Virus record (IMG/VR): IMGVR_UViG_3300044717_000012
DNA from: an uncultured virus (IMG/VR IMGVR_UViG_3300044717_000012)
Taxonomy: Duplodnaviria > Heunggongvirae > Uroviricota > Caudoviricetes
Reading direction: 5' to 3' (one strand)
Length of the DNA: 22,401 nucleotides
Shown here: piece by piece, positions 1-6,989 of the stretch
How the letters are laid out: each line of letters begins with the position of its first letter
Numbering within the stretch: the stretch's first letter is position 1
Notes under the pieces: model-generated
What the model was told of the DNA's origin: nothing
Database searches by the model: none
Seen by the model: the letters and a program-made list of their open reading frames with translations, nothing else
Made by a program: the position numbers and the translations under genes

Positions 1-368
1 GCACCCCGGTAGGCGTGCGTGGTCCCTACGGCCACCGCGGCGGCTCTTTCGTGGTTGATCGCAATCGACCACGCGTAAAGCCCATCGATGACCCGCAGCC
101 CGCCGGACCACACGTAGCGAATCTCGCCCAGCGCACCGAAAATCCCCCGGCCAGCCCAGTAGATGATCGCCTTAGGGATCCTGTACCAGGGATCCACTGC
201 ATATTGGATGCTCGCCCAGAGCCGGTGCTTGTCGAGGATCAGCGTGTGTTCCTCAGCCTTGCGCAACCACCCAGGGATGTAGGGCTCCGCGGCGCCGGAC
301 TGCCGCGGCGCGTGCATCGGCACGAGCTCACGGGATGACTCGGATGAGTGATCATTGCGGAGCGTCAT
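1..368 (-). CDS. Partial CDS (runs off window start); hypothetical, weak resemblance to the N-terminus of actinomycete FtsK/SpoIIIE (TraB-like) proteins
   Basis: Manual translation from ATG at 368 stays open to base 1 (MTLRNDHSSESSRELVPMH...EPYIPGWLRKAEEH...YWAGRGIFGALGEIRYVWSGGLRVIDGLYAW...). Upstream TTCACA-17-TAGACT promoter on the - strand. Missed by the ORF track because there is no stop in the window. Function is speculative. Confidence 0.6.
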   Translation of the reverse strand, partial: MTLRNDHSSESSRELVPMHAPRQSGAAEPYIPGWLRKAEEHTLILDKHRLWASIQYAVDPWYRIPKAIIYWAGRGIFGALGEIRYVWSGGLRVIDGLYAWSIAINHERAAAVAVGTTHAYRG

Positions 369-404
369 GGCATATCCGGTTGGGTCGGGGGCACGTGTCT
401 CGGT

Positions 405-435
405 AGTCTATAGCCATGATTCACACCTGTGAATC
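405..435. promoter_or_regulatory. Divergent promoter region with operator-like palindrome GATTCACA-cc-TGTGAATC
   Basis: Perfect 8-bp inverted repeat at 418-435 overlaps the -35 of a - strand TTCACA-N17-TAGACT promoter, between divergent genes. Confidence 0.6.
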
Positions 436-464
436 CAGACCGTAAATCACGAGCGGAGACCGAC

Positions 465-899
465 ATGCCCCCAACGCCACGGCGACCGGCCAGCCCGGTG
501 CCCTACCGATCCACCACGCCGGCTGTTGAGCCACCTGCGCCGGCACCTGCCAATGACGACACCGCGCCGGCTAACACCATCGAGGCTGACCAGATATACG
601 CAGAGGGCATCACCGCGGCAGACGCGCTGGCCACCGTGCTGGGTGACCGGGTGACCGGCGTGCATCAAACCGACTGCAAGGCAGCTATGGCGGTTATCGA
701 TGAGTGGCTGGCCAACATTCCGCTCTGGCGGTCGCTGATCTTGCACCTGATGTTCAATGACTACGCGCACCGGGGAGATCAACCAGAGAGCGACCGGTGG
801 ATGTGGGTAGCCCATCAGCTGCGCAAACCCAAGGCCACCGTGCACAAGTACGCGCACGCAGTGGAGTCCTGCAGTGCCATCGGCAGCGAGGGCCAGTAA
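465..899 (+). CDS. Hypothetical protein with putative C-terminal helix-turn-helix
   Basis: GGAG RBS before ATG 465; C-terminal WMWVAHQLRKPKATVHKYA is HTH-like. Confidence 0.6.
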   Translation: MPPTPRRPASPVPYRSTTPAVEPPAPAPANDDTAPANTIEADQIYAEGITAADALATVLGDRVTGVHQTDCKAAMAVIDEWLANIPLWRSLILHLMFNDYAHRGDQPESDRWMWVAHQLRKPKATVHKYAHAVESCSAIGSEGQ

Positions 900-903
900 T
901 AGG

Positions 904-946
904 GGCAGGCCTCGCGCTCACTGTGGGGGGAAGTGCGAGGCCTGCC
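904..946 (+). terminator. Stem-loop after gene (probable terminator)
   Basis: GGCAGGCCTCGC / GCGAGGCCTGCC 12-bp perfect stem just after the stop; no U tract. Confidence 0.6.
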
Positions 947-1074
947 AGGCAGACGGTACCAACCCAATACCGTGCGCCGGTCTGCCGGGGACAGCGGAGA
1001 TGTCAGGCAACGTATCCACGCGGGCAGACGCAGCTGAGTCTAGTCAGCCCAGCGCAGCCGTGTACACAAGCAAT

Positions 1075-1104
1075 TTGACAAACAACCATCAGCGGGTCCA
1101 TAGT
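1075..1104 (+). promoter_or_regulatory. sigma70-type promoter for lsr2
   Basis: TTGACA-N18-CATAGT upstream of AGGAGG RBS. Confidence 0.65.
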
Positions 1105-1173
1105 CGCGGGCGCACGCCGCGCACAAACATCCCGCGGTGAAAACAGACCATCCGATAGCAGGAGGAACCATCT

Positions 1174-1692
1174 ATGGGTACCAAGACTGTACGATTTGAT
1201 GACCTCGATCAGACTGAGCACTCTGATACCGCACCCGTGACCACGCACAGCATCGAGTTGGACGGCACCACGTATGAGATCGATCTGACGGACACCAACT
1301 TTGGTGGCCTGAGCACCGCGCTGGCGCCGTATGTGCAAGCTGCCCGTAAGCCCACCGCCAGTGCCCCGGCCCGCAGCGTTGGGCGACCCAGGACGGTGAC
1401 GGCCGGTGGTGCCGCGCCAGTTCGTGCGGTTACCCGGGCAGACCGTGAGCAGAATGCGGCAATCCGGGCTTGGGCCACTAACCACGGTTACCCCGTGAGC
1501 GACCGCGGACGCATTCCGTTGGGTGTGCTCGATGCGTACAACCTTGGTGGTGACGCTGGAGTACAGGCACTGCAGGCACTGCTCACAGCACCCCCGGTGC
1601 AAGAGGCGCAGGCCCCCGATACCAACGGGCAGGCCACCGCGCCTAAAGCCACCTCTACCAAGGCCACCATTCCTGAGCCAGCAGGCGTGTGA
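1174..1692 (+). CDS. lsr2: Lsr2 family nucleoid-associated protein with Ala/Pro-rich C-terminal extension
   Basis: N-terminal DDLD...LDGTTYEIDL dimerization motif; C-terminal REQNAAIRAWA..GYPVSDRGRIP DNA-binding domain with RGR AT-hook. Confidence 0.95.
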   Translation: MGTKTVRFDDLDQTEHSDTAPVTTHSIELDGTTYEIDLTDTNFGGLSTALAPYVQAARKPTASAPARSVGRPRTVTAGGAAPVRAVTRADREQNAAIRAWATNHGYPVSDRGRIPLGVLDAYNLGGDAGVQALQALLTAPPVQEAQAPDTNGQATAPKATSTKATIPEPAGV

Positions 1693-1713
1693 CGTGGTCT
1701 GAGTGTGTGGCAG

Positions 1714-1759
1714 GAAGATCCGGCTGCAGGGTGCTCGATGCCCGGGCCGGATTTTCTTT
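1714..1759 (+). terminator. Rho-independent terminator
   Basis: ATCCGGC..GCCGGAT stem followed by TTTCTTT. Confidence 0.7.
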
Positions 1760-1780
1760 GCCCTCACCTCACAAGATGTC

Positions 1781-1809
1781 TTGACATGGTACGGGCTGGC
1801 CGGTAGTTT
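1781..1809 (+). promoter_or_regulatory. sigma70-type promoter, probably giving a leaderless mRNA
   Basis: TTGACA-N17-TAGTTT with ATG 6 nt downstream and no RBS; part of a 27-bp exact repeat with 2544-2570. Confidence 0.85.
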
Positions 1810-1815
1810 TGTCTC

Positions 1816-2070
1816 ATGAGCAGATCAATCTCAGAGCGTATGCATCACATTATCGAGACTAACCGCGCTGCAGGTCGGCTCTGTGCTAATGCTGAGACGC
1901 ACTGCTGTGCAACAGCGACCATCAATGTGACGCAGGATGTCTGGTCAGTGTCTGTAGGAGTGGGGAGGTCACGTGTACTTGTGATGACTATGTGCAATAA
2001 GCATGCATCTCTTATCCCAGTCGGCTACCGTGGCCGTAACTTTATTGTCACTGAGCACGTGGCATTCTGA
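1816..2070 (+). CDS. Hypothetical Cys/His-containing protein
   Basis: ORF starts at the predicted +1 of the promoter; C..CC...CNKH residues. Confidence 0.7.
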   Translation: MSRSISERMHHIIETNRAAGRLCANAETHCCATATINVTQDVWSVSVGVGRSRVLVMTMCNKHASLIPVGYRGRNFIVTEHVAF

Positions 2071-2110
2071 TATACCTCGCGAGTAACACACCACCCAGGA
2101 GGGGTCACCA

Positions 2111-2524
2111 ATGAGCGTCACTTTTTACCCCGGCCAGGCCACCGCTGATGGCTGGGAGATTCGCTTAGGTGGCCACGCCCGGCATCATGAGGTCAACCTC
2201 GCCAACACCAACGCAGTTCGCCTGCTGGGTGTGCTGGGATTGCCGCTTGATGATGAGGAGGGTTGCGTGGGCAACGCGCCGGCTGGTGACTTCTTAGGCC
2301 GCGTGCTAGTGGCGCTGGCAATAGCCCCTCATGATGAGGCTATGCCCGCGTACCAGATGACACCAGAGGAATTGTCACCGACCCTAACAATGCTGATCGG
2401 TGCCGGTGGCGCAGCGGTGTGGCATGGCCCGCGCCGTGATGGCTACCTGCAAGAAAAACTCGAACTGCTAGAGACACTGGCGCGGTTCTGTGTTGAGCAG
2501 GACTACGCGGTGCTCTGGGCATAA
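2111..2524 (+). CDS. Hypothetical phage protein
   Basis: AGGAGG RBS; protein-like composition. Confidence 0.8.
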   Translation: MSVTFYPGQATADGWEIRLGGHARHHEVNLANTNAVRLLGVLGLPLDDEEGCVGNAPAGDFLGRVLVALAIAPHDEAMPAYQMTPEELSPTLTMLIGAGGAAVWHGPRRDGYLQEKLELLETLARFCVEQDYAVLWA

Positions 2525-2545
2525 CAACACACCACGCAAAAACTC

Positions 2546-2574
2546 TTGACATGGTACGGGCTGGCCGGTAATGT
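2546..2574 (+). promoter_or_regulatory. sigma70-type promoter
   Basis: TTGACA-N17-TAATGT; spacer identical to the promoter at 1781. Confidence 0.85.
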
Positions 2575-2624
2575 GGGTGGTGTCAGGACGACAACACCAC
2601 CCAAACCAGCAGGAGATGAGTGCA

Positions 2625-3173
2625 GTGGCTATCCACATCTGCGGAGGCACCCAGACCGACAACAAACTGTGCACCAGCGAGGTTGCCAACAGCCACCAGC
2701 CCTGCCCCAATCTCATCGAGAGCTGGACGGGATGCGTCATCTACACCGGAGAGCACAACTGGCATGATGACTCAGACTTTTACGCGCTGGTCTGGGATGA
2801 GGAGAGCCAGAGTGTCCGCGAGATCGAGTATGCGACCACCCGCGGTTGGACCTACCACAACGGTGCCCGGGTGGACGCAGATACCGACATCATGGCCAAG
2901 GCTCAAGAATACCTCGCGCGCCAGCGGGCAGCTGCCAACGCAGAGCTCGCCCGGATCAGGGCCAGCGAGCCTGCCATCGGTAAAGAGGTCCGCTCGCTGA
3001 CCACCCGTGGCAAGAATGCCGGTGTGGTGGGCATCATCCGCAGCATCGGGGACAGCAAGTATCGCTACGGTGCCAAGGTTGCTGTAGTCGAGGTAGCCGG
3101 CGAGAATAGCCGCCGGTACATCGATCTTGACCGGGTGCAGGTTATCAACCCTGACCAGTACCTCATCAGCTGA
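2625..3173 (+). CDS. Hypothetical phage protein (HDDSDFYALVWD...EYATTR motif)
   Basis: AGGAG RBS; start GTG 2625 (or ATG 2616); motif recalled from uncharacterised phage proteins; possibly SH3/KOW-like C-terminus. Confidence 0.75.
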   Translation: MAIHICGGTQTDNKLCTSEVANSHQPCPNLIESWTGCVIYTGEHNWHDDSDFYALVWDEESQSVREIEYATTRGWTYHNGARVDADTDIMAKAQEYLARQRAAANAELARIRASEPAIGKEVRSLTTRGKNAGVVGIIRSIGDSKYRYGAKVAVVEVAGENSRRYIDLDRVQVINPDQYLIS

Positions 3174-3180
3174 AAGACCC

Positions 3181-3233
3181 ACCGGCCGACTCATACCCTA
3201 CAAAATCCCTTGACGTGGTATGAGTCGGTCGGT
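3181..3233 (+). terminator. 17-bp stem-loop overlapping the next promoter
   Basis: ACCGGCCGACTCATACC / GGTATGAGTCGGTCGGT with one G-U pair, 7 nt after the stop. Confidence 0.6.
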
Positions 3234-3238
3234 AGCCT
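3210..3238 (+). promoter_or_regulatory. sigma70-type promoter
   Basis: TTGACG-N17-TAGCCT; spacer differs from the 1781/2546 spacer only by transitions. Confidence 0.8.
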
Positions 3239-3280
3239 ATGCAGTGTCAGGCCCAAACAAACTGCCAGGAGGGCACCACC

Positions 3281-3454
3281 ATGCTCAGTAACGATCTGGC
3301 CGCCCGCGTGGCGGTGTATCAAGCAGCTACCGGCCACACCCAAGAGCAGGCCATCGAGCGGTTGCTAGATATCGCGCTGGCCACGTGGGAGACCGACCCC
3401 TATTACATGCCAGAGCGCGTGTGCGGCCGGGTGCGCCCAGTCCGTGCCGGCTAA
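3281..3454 (+). CDS. Small protein, possible ribbon-helix-helix DNA-binding
   Basis: AGGAGG RBS; LSNDLAARV..Y....G.TQEQAIERLLDIAL is CopG/RHH-like. Confidence 0.6.
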   Translation: MLSNDLAARVAVYQAATGHTQEQAIERLLDIALATWETDPYYMPERVCGRVRPVRAG

Positions 3455-4136
3455 TCGTCCAACCATCAGACTCGCCCAGTTACAGGAGATCACTGTGTCA
3501 GAAAAATATATTTGGTCAGAGCTACCCGAGTGGATCCAAGAGCGGATCAGGAATAGTGCCATCTCGCAGCTGTCAGAACCCACGCGCACCCCGCGGGTGT
3601 GTCCGGTCTGCATGGCTGATCCGATCGTGGACAGTGAGGCTAAGCACCGGCAATTCATGGCGGGCACGGAGGCTACCCCCGGTCGGGATTACGAGTGCCC
3701 GGAATGTGGTGCTGTCTGGTCGGTGCCGCTGGTATCAGAGCTGGCATCGTTTCAGTCCATTGATTGGAGCCAACCTCAGCCGGATGGTGTCTACCGGTGC
3801 CAGGAAGGCTGGAGTGATGACAGCGCCACCCAGTACGGCTGTAATGAGCGCGGGATGACCGAATGCTCAGACGGCAACCTACGGTGCACCGACCATGCCT
3901 TGATTTTTGAGCTCGCCGGGATTCGTGAGGTGATAGCTACGGTTGCTGAGCATGCCGTGGGCCAGGCAGATTTCACTGATCACTACCGGACTGAATTACT
4001 AGACTCGATCAAAGAAGTGAGCACTGCGCTCTGGGAGATCAATTATTCTCATATGTCACTGAGTCGTAAGGTCTGGTATCGGTTCCGTGGGTGGCTGTAC
4101 GAGCACCGCGTGCAGCGAGCAGACCGCAACGGCTGA
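3444..4136 (+). CDS. Hypothetical zinc-ribbon protein
   Basis: CPVC...CPEC plus a further Cys/His cluster; overlaps upstream stop. Confidence 0.75.
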   Translation: MPANRPTIRLAQLQEITVSEKYIWSELPEWIQERIRNSAISQLSEPTRTPRVCPVCMADPIVDSEAKHRQFMAGTEATPGRDYECPECGAVWSVPLVSELASFQSIDWSQPQPDGVYRCQEGWSDDSATQYGCNERGMTECSDGNLRCTDHALIFELAGIREVIATVAEHAVGQADFTDHYRTELLDSIKEVSTALWEINYSHMSLSRKVWYRFRGWLYEHRVQRADRNG

Positions 4137-4184
4137 CCAACGGGACATCACCGGTCTGAGCAGAAAGGGAAGGAGGTACTGATC

Positions 4185-4439
4185 ATGGATTGGCGCCACA
4201 AAGCAGAGTGCCGGACAGAGGATCCTGAGCTGTTTTTTCCGGTCGGTACCTCTGGCCCAGCACTTGCCCAGATTGTTGAGGCTAAGGCCGTGTGCCGGCG
4301 GTGCCCAGTGCGCCGGGAGTGTCTGGCATGGGCTCTCGCGTCCGGCCAGGATGCCGGGATTTGGGGAGGCCTGACTGAGGACGAACGCCGCGCGCTCAAG
4401 CGCCGCAACGTCCGCACCGGGGCACGCAACAGCGCATAG
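4185..4439 (+). CDS. whiB1: WhiB family Fe-S transcription factor, WhiB1/WblE-type
   Basis: Four conserved Cys (C-x27-CxxC-x5-C), GIWGG turn, MDWRHKA.C..EDPELFFPVG.SGPAL.Q N-terminus and EDERRALKRR tail typical of WhiB1; AGGAGG RBS. Confidence 0.95.
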   Translation: MDWRHKAECRTEDPELFFPVGTSGPALAQIVEAKAVCRRCPVRRECLAWALASGQDAGIWGGLTEDERRALKRRNVRTGARNSA

Positions 4440-4456
4440 CGAGGGGAGGTGAAGAT

Positions 4457-4573
4457 ATGGGCACGTGGACTGAGGCCTATGAGCGGCTGGTTGATCTGAA
4501 AAATTCGGGTGCAACTACAGAGGAAGTTGAGCAGGCAGCTGGCGCCGAGCTTGACCAGTTGCTGCAGGAGTAA
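4457..4573 (+). CDS. 38-aa acidic peptide (MGTWTEAYERLVDLKNSGATTEEVEQAAGAELDQLLQE)
   Basis: GGAGGTG RBS; fills the gap between whiB and the terminator. Confidence 0.7.
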   Translation: MGTWTEAYERLVDLKNSGATTEEVEQAAGAELDQLLQE

Positions 4574-4578
4574 GGCCG

Positions 4579-4613
4579 GATACCCGGTGCGTCAGTCAAG
4601 CGCACCGGGTATC
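4579..4613 (+). terminator. Stem-loop (probable terminator)
   Basis: 13-bp perfect stem GATACCCGGTGCG / CGCACCGGGTATC. Confidence 0.7.
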
Positions 4614-4645
4614 ACCACCCAGTGCAGAGGTTTGGAGAACAGAGG

Positions 4646-4978
4646 ATGAACTACCAAGAGCGGATTGATGAGCTCGCGGGGTTGCTTGAGCGGGCGGAAC
4701 TTCCATCCGATATCAACCCTAATATGATCCGTGGCCGCATCACTCAGTTGATTGCGCTACGCGATGCTGAGCACCCCCAGGATTTCCCTCACGGCACGCT
4801 GGTTGCCCGACAGATGGGTCCGCTGCACACGGGTCAGGTGATCGAGCCGACCGATGCAGACAGAGAGCGTGGTGCACATATCCACGGAGCGGGCTCGCAT
4901 CTAGGGCTTAAAGTGTTTGTCCAGTGGCGTTCGCTGCGCAGTTGGGAGTACGTCAAAGATCTGCGCCGGGTGCCGTGA
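4646..4978 (+). CDS. Hypothetical protein
   Basis: GGAG RBS; coupled to the next gene (TGATG). Confidence 0.7.
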   Translation: MNYQERIDELAGLLERAELPSDINPNMIRGRITQLIALRDAEHPQDFPHGTLVARQMGPLHTGQVIEPTDADRERGAHIHGAGSHLGLKVFVQWRSLRSWEYVKDLRRVP

Positions 4979-5292
4979 TGGTGCATCGCCAGGGGAAGGA
5001 AGGGGGGAAGTCTGGCCGCCCGAATGAGTGGCCACGTTGCCGCGCTCAGGACTGCTGGCACCGGGTGCCGCCGGCAGCTATCCACCACAATCCCCGGTGT
5101 CTGCGCGCCGGACCGTACCCGGCATTGATCCAAGCAGCGCGCCATCACCCCGGCCCGTGCTGCCCAGGTGCTTGCCCCCGGTGTGATACTTGCTTAGATC
5201 GCATTGCTGGTTGGTGTGCACGCTGCCGAATGTGCATTACGTGCTGCCCGGGCCACGGCAAAGACGGTGAAGACGAAACGGGAGGGCAGTAG
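4978..5292 (+). CDS. Very Cys/His-rich hypothetical protein
   Basis: Multiple CxxC/CC motifs (CCPGACPRCDTC..WCARCRMCITCCPGH); translational coupling on both sides. Confidence 0.6.
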   Translation: MVHRQGKEGGKSGRPNEWPRCRAQDCWHRVPPAAIHHNPRCLRAGPYPALIQAARHHPGPCCPGACPRCDTCLDRIAGWCARCRMCITCCPGHGKDGEDETGGQ

Positions 5293-5294
5293 CG

Positions 5295-5453
5295 ATGGAT
5301 GAGCTAGAGAGTGAGACTCAGGGATTGCGTGATCTGTTGGTAGAGTTTGTGCGGGATCACGCGACATTGTCCGAATTACTGGAAATTGCACAGCTGGCGG
5401 AACCGCGGGTGACTAATGTGATCCGCATGCACACGAGCGAGACGGGAGAGTAG
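5295..5453 (+). CDS. 52-aa hypothetical protein (MDELESETQGLRDLLVEFV...)
   Basis: GGAGGG RBS; tightly fills the gap between neighbours; manual translation. Confidence 0.7.
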   Translation: MDELESETQGLRDLLVEFVRDHATLSELLEIAQLAEPRVTNVIRMHTSETGE

Positions 5454-5455
5454 GA

Positions 5456-5749
5456 ATGGCGGCTGACGACAGCATGGACAGCGAGACGCGGGCGCGCATG
5501 GTCATTGCGGCGGCCACGCGGGCGATGCTGGGCGCTCAGCCGGCGCCAGTCGAGCTGTGCGAGGAACTACACGCCGCGGTGATGGCTGCGTACAACGTGC
5601 TGGGCAAGGCCCTCTACAGATTCGAGAGTCGAGTTGACCGCGCGGACGTACGCAATCAGCGTGCCCGGCTCAAGGCTCTAGCCAGGCAGCTAGAATCCCA
5701 CCACATGCGCCCGCGGGTGGCGCGGTTTGCCCAACGGGGGGATACCTGA
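5456..5749 (+). CDS. Hypothetical helical protein
   Basis: GGAG RBS; operon packing. Confidence 0.7.
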   Translation: MAADDSMDSETRARMVIAAATRAMLGAQPAPVELCEELHAAVMAAYNVLGKALYRFESRVDRADVRNQRARLKALARQLESHHMRPRVARFAQRGDT

Positions 5750-5796
5750 TGCTAGGCCGGATCAGCGCGATGCACTGCGCACGGTACTGTTTGGTG

Positions 5797-5825
5797 TTGT
5801 TGCTCATCTACGTTACTTATACGAT
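5797..5825 (+). promoter_or_regulatory. Putative promoter
   Basis: TTGTTG-N17-TACGAT upstream of GGAGG RBS. Confidence 0.45.
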
Positions 5826-5846
5826 CGCGATAGTGGAGGTAGTAGC

Positions 5847-6209
5847 GTGACCGACGCAGCACCAATAGACAATGGTACTGACCACACTAGCCGTACCCGC
5901 CGGCTGATGGGTGTGGCGCACATCGCTGGGCTGTTCGGCGTCAGTCCGGTTACGGTCAACCGCTGGATTTGGGGAGCGGAGCATGGTGAGCTACCAACAT
6001 TCCCAGAGCCAGACGTAGTGATCCCCACTGCCAATAGCGACGTGATGATCCGTGGCTGGGAGCCCTCCCGTGAGCGCGAGATTCGGGAGTGGAAGGCCAG
6101 CCTGCCCGGCCGCAACTGGCGCAAAGGCCTGACCGGTGAGCGACGGTACACCACCATGCAGCACATCGGCAAACGCGCCGGCCGCACCCACAAAGAGGAG
6201 TCAGCGTGA
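5847..6209 (+). CDS. Helix-turn-helix DNA-binding protein (AlpA/Xis-like)
   Basis: LMGVAHIAGLFGVSPVTVNRW HTH followed by FPEPD...GW...IREW; GGAGG RBS before GTG. Confidence 0.8.
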   Translation: MTDAAPIDNGTDHTSRTRRLMGVAHIAGLFGVSPVTVNRWIWGAEHGELPTFPEPDVVIPTANSDVMIRGWEPSREREIREWKASLPGRNWRKGLTGERRYTTMQHIGKRAGRTHKEESA

Positions 6210-6334
6210 ATGTTTCCGGGGATACGACATGCGTGTGCGGTGATGTGTTTGACGAACATGATGCCGATGGCGAATGTACTGTAGAGAACTGCATGTGTTT
6301 CTATTTCGAGGAGAATCCGGGCAATGATGAGTGA
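6206..6334 (+). CDS. 42-aa Cys/His metal-binding peptide (CVCG..FDEH...GECTVENCMC)
   Basis: GAGGAG RBS; GTGA overlap with upstream stop; manual translation. Confidence 0.7.
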   Translation: MNVSGDTTCVCGDVFDEHDADGECTVENCMCFYFEENPGNDE

Positions 6335-6566
6335 GCCGACCGTATTGCCTAAGGCTGTTCGTGAGCCGGTGCACCAGACGTACATCATCAACAGCGCATC
6401 AGGTGATTTCCACGCGGTGCGCTGCGAAGACTGCCCGGACTGGGAGAGCCCTGAGTTTGATGACCGGCGCTACCTTGCCGAGATGGCCGCTACCGAGCAC
6501 CAACGTGCCATGGCCAACTGGCCGGGAACCGTGCCCTCACCGGCTATCCAGCCAGCTGCCGAGTAA
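6324..6566 (+). CDS. Hypothetical protein with CxxC...H motif
   Basis: GAGGAG RBS; CEDCPDW...AATEH. Confidence 0.7.
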   Translation: MMSEPTVLPKAVREPVHQTYIINSASGDFHAVRCEDCPDWESPEFDDRRYLAEMAATEHQRAMANWPGTVPSPAIQPAAE

Positions 6567-6568
6567 TC

Positions 6569-6769
6569 GTGACTAAGCGAAGATTGCAAATCAATCCTGA
6601 ACCACTGCGTGAGGTTACTGAGGAAGAACGGGCGCAGTGGTGGCGTAATCTGCACCCGGTAGGCCGGGAACGTAGCCGGCGGATCTGAGTTGCTTTGGGC
6701 GGTGATCCAGCTGTATGGGATGCCGAGCATCCTGGGCAGTCCACTACTACTGAGGAGTCTGCGTCATGA
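6569..6769 (+). pseudogene. 66-codon frame interrupted by one in-frame TGA (6686-6688)
   Basis: MTKRRLQ...RSRRI*VALGGDPAVWDAEHPG...SAS; the read-through frame ends in an ATGA overlap with the next gene. Confidence 0.5.
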
Positions 6770-6921
6770 GTTTACGGCGACCATCGCACCTACGCGTGTC
6801 TGGCCGGCAAGCACCGGAAACCGCCGGCAGCCCGTGTTGCCAGGCCAATATCATTGATCGGCAAAAGCTGTTGACTGGCGGGGTCTACCGGGCTTGCTCT
6901 GAGTGCGGGCAACCCGTCTGA
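6766..6921 (+). CDS. 51-aa zinc-ribbon-like protein (SPCC...CSECG)
   Basis: GAGGAG RBS; manual translation. Confidence 0.65.
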   Translation: MSLRRPSHLRVSGRQAPETAGSPCCQANIIDRQKLLTGGVYRACSECGQPV

Positions 6922-6925
6922 GAAT

Positions 6926-6958
6926 GATCTTAGCGTTGGCTTAGCGGGATCTTAGATC
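6926..6958. repeat. Three degenerate 11-bp tandem units with CTTAG core
   Basis: CTTAG at 6929, 6940, 6951 (GATCTTAGCGT / TGGCTTAGCGG / GATCTTAGATC). Confidence 0.6.
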
Positions 6959-6989
6959 GAGCTCGTGTACACGCGTTGTCCTGTTTTCC

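Noticed and set aside
15..338. 107-aa + strand ORF
   Set aside because: Shadow of the more protein-like - strand ORF, which has a promoter
995..1020. TGTCAGG at 1001 as another member of the promoter family
   Set aside because: No -10/-35 at the required spacing
1003..1767. 254-aa - strand ORF
   Set aside because: Antisense shadow of lsr2
1779..3238. Repeats as a CRISPR-like array
   Set aside because: Only 2-3 copies, hundreds of bp apart, separated by genes; they are promoters
6686..6730. Selenocysteine recoding of the in-frame TGA
   Set aside because: Context suggests Trp rather than Cys; no convincing SECIS hairpin or sel genes in the window
6871..6900. TTGACT as a promoter -35
   Set aside because: No TANNNT -10 at 16-18 bp; lies inside a small CDS
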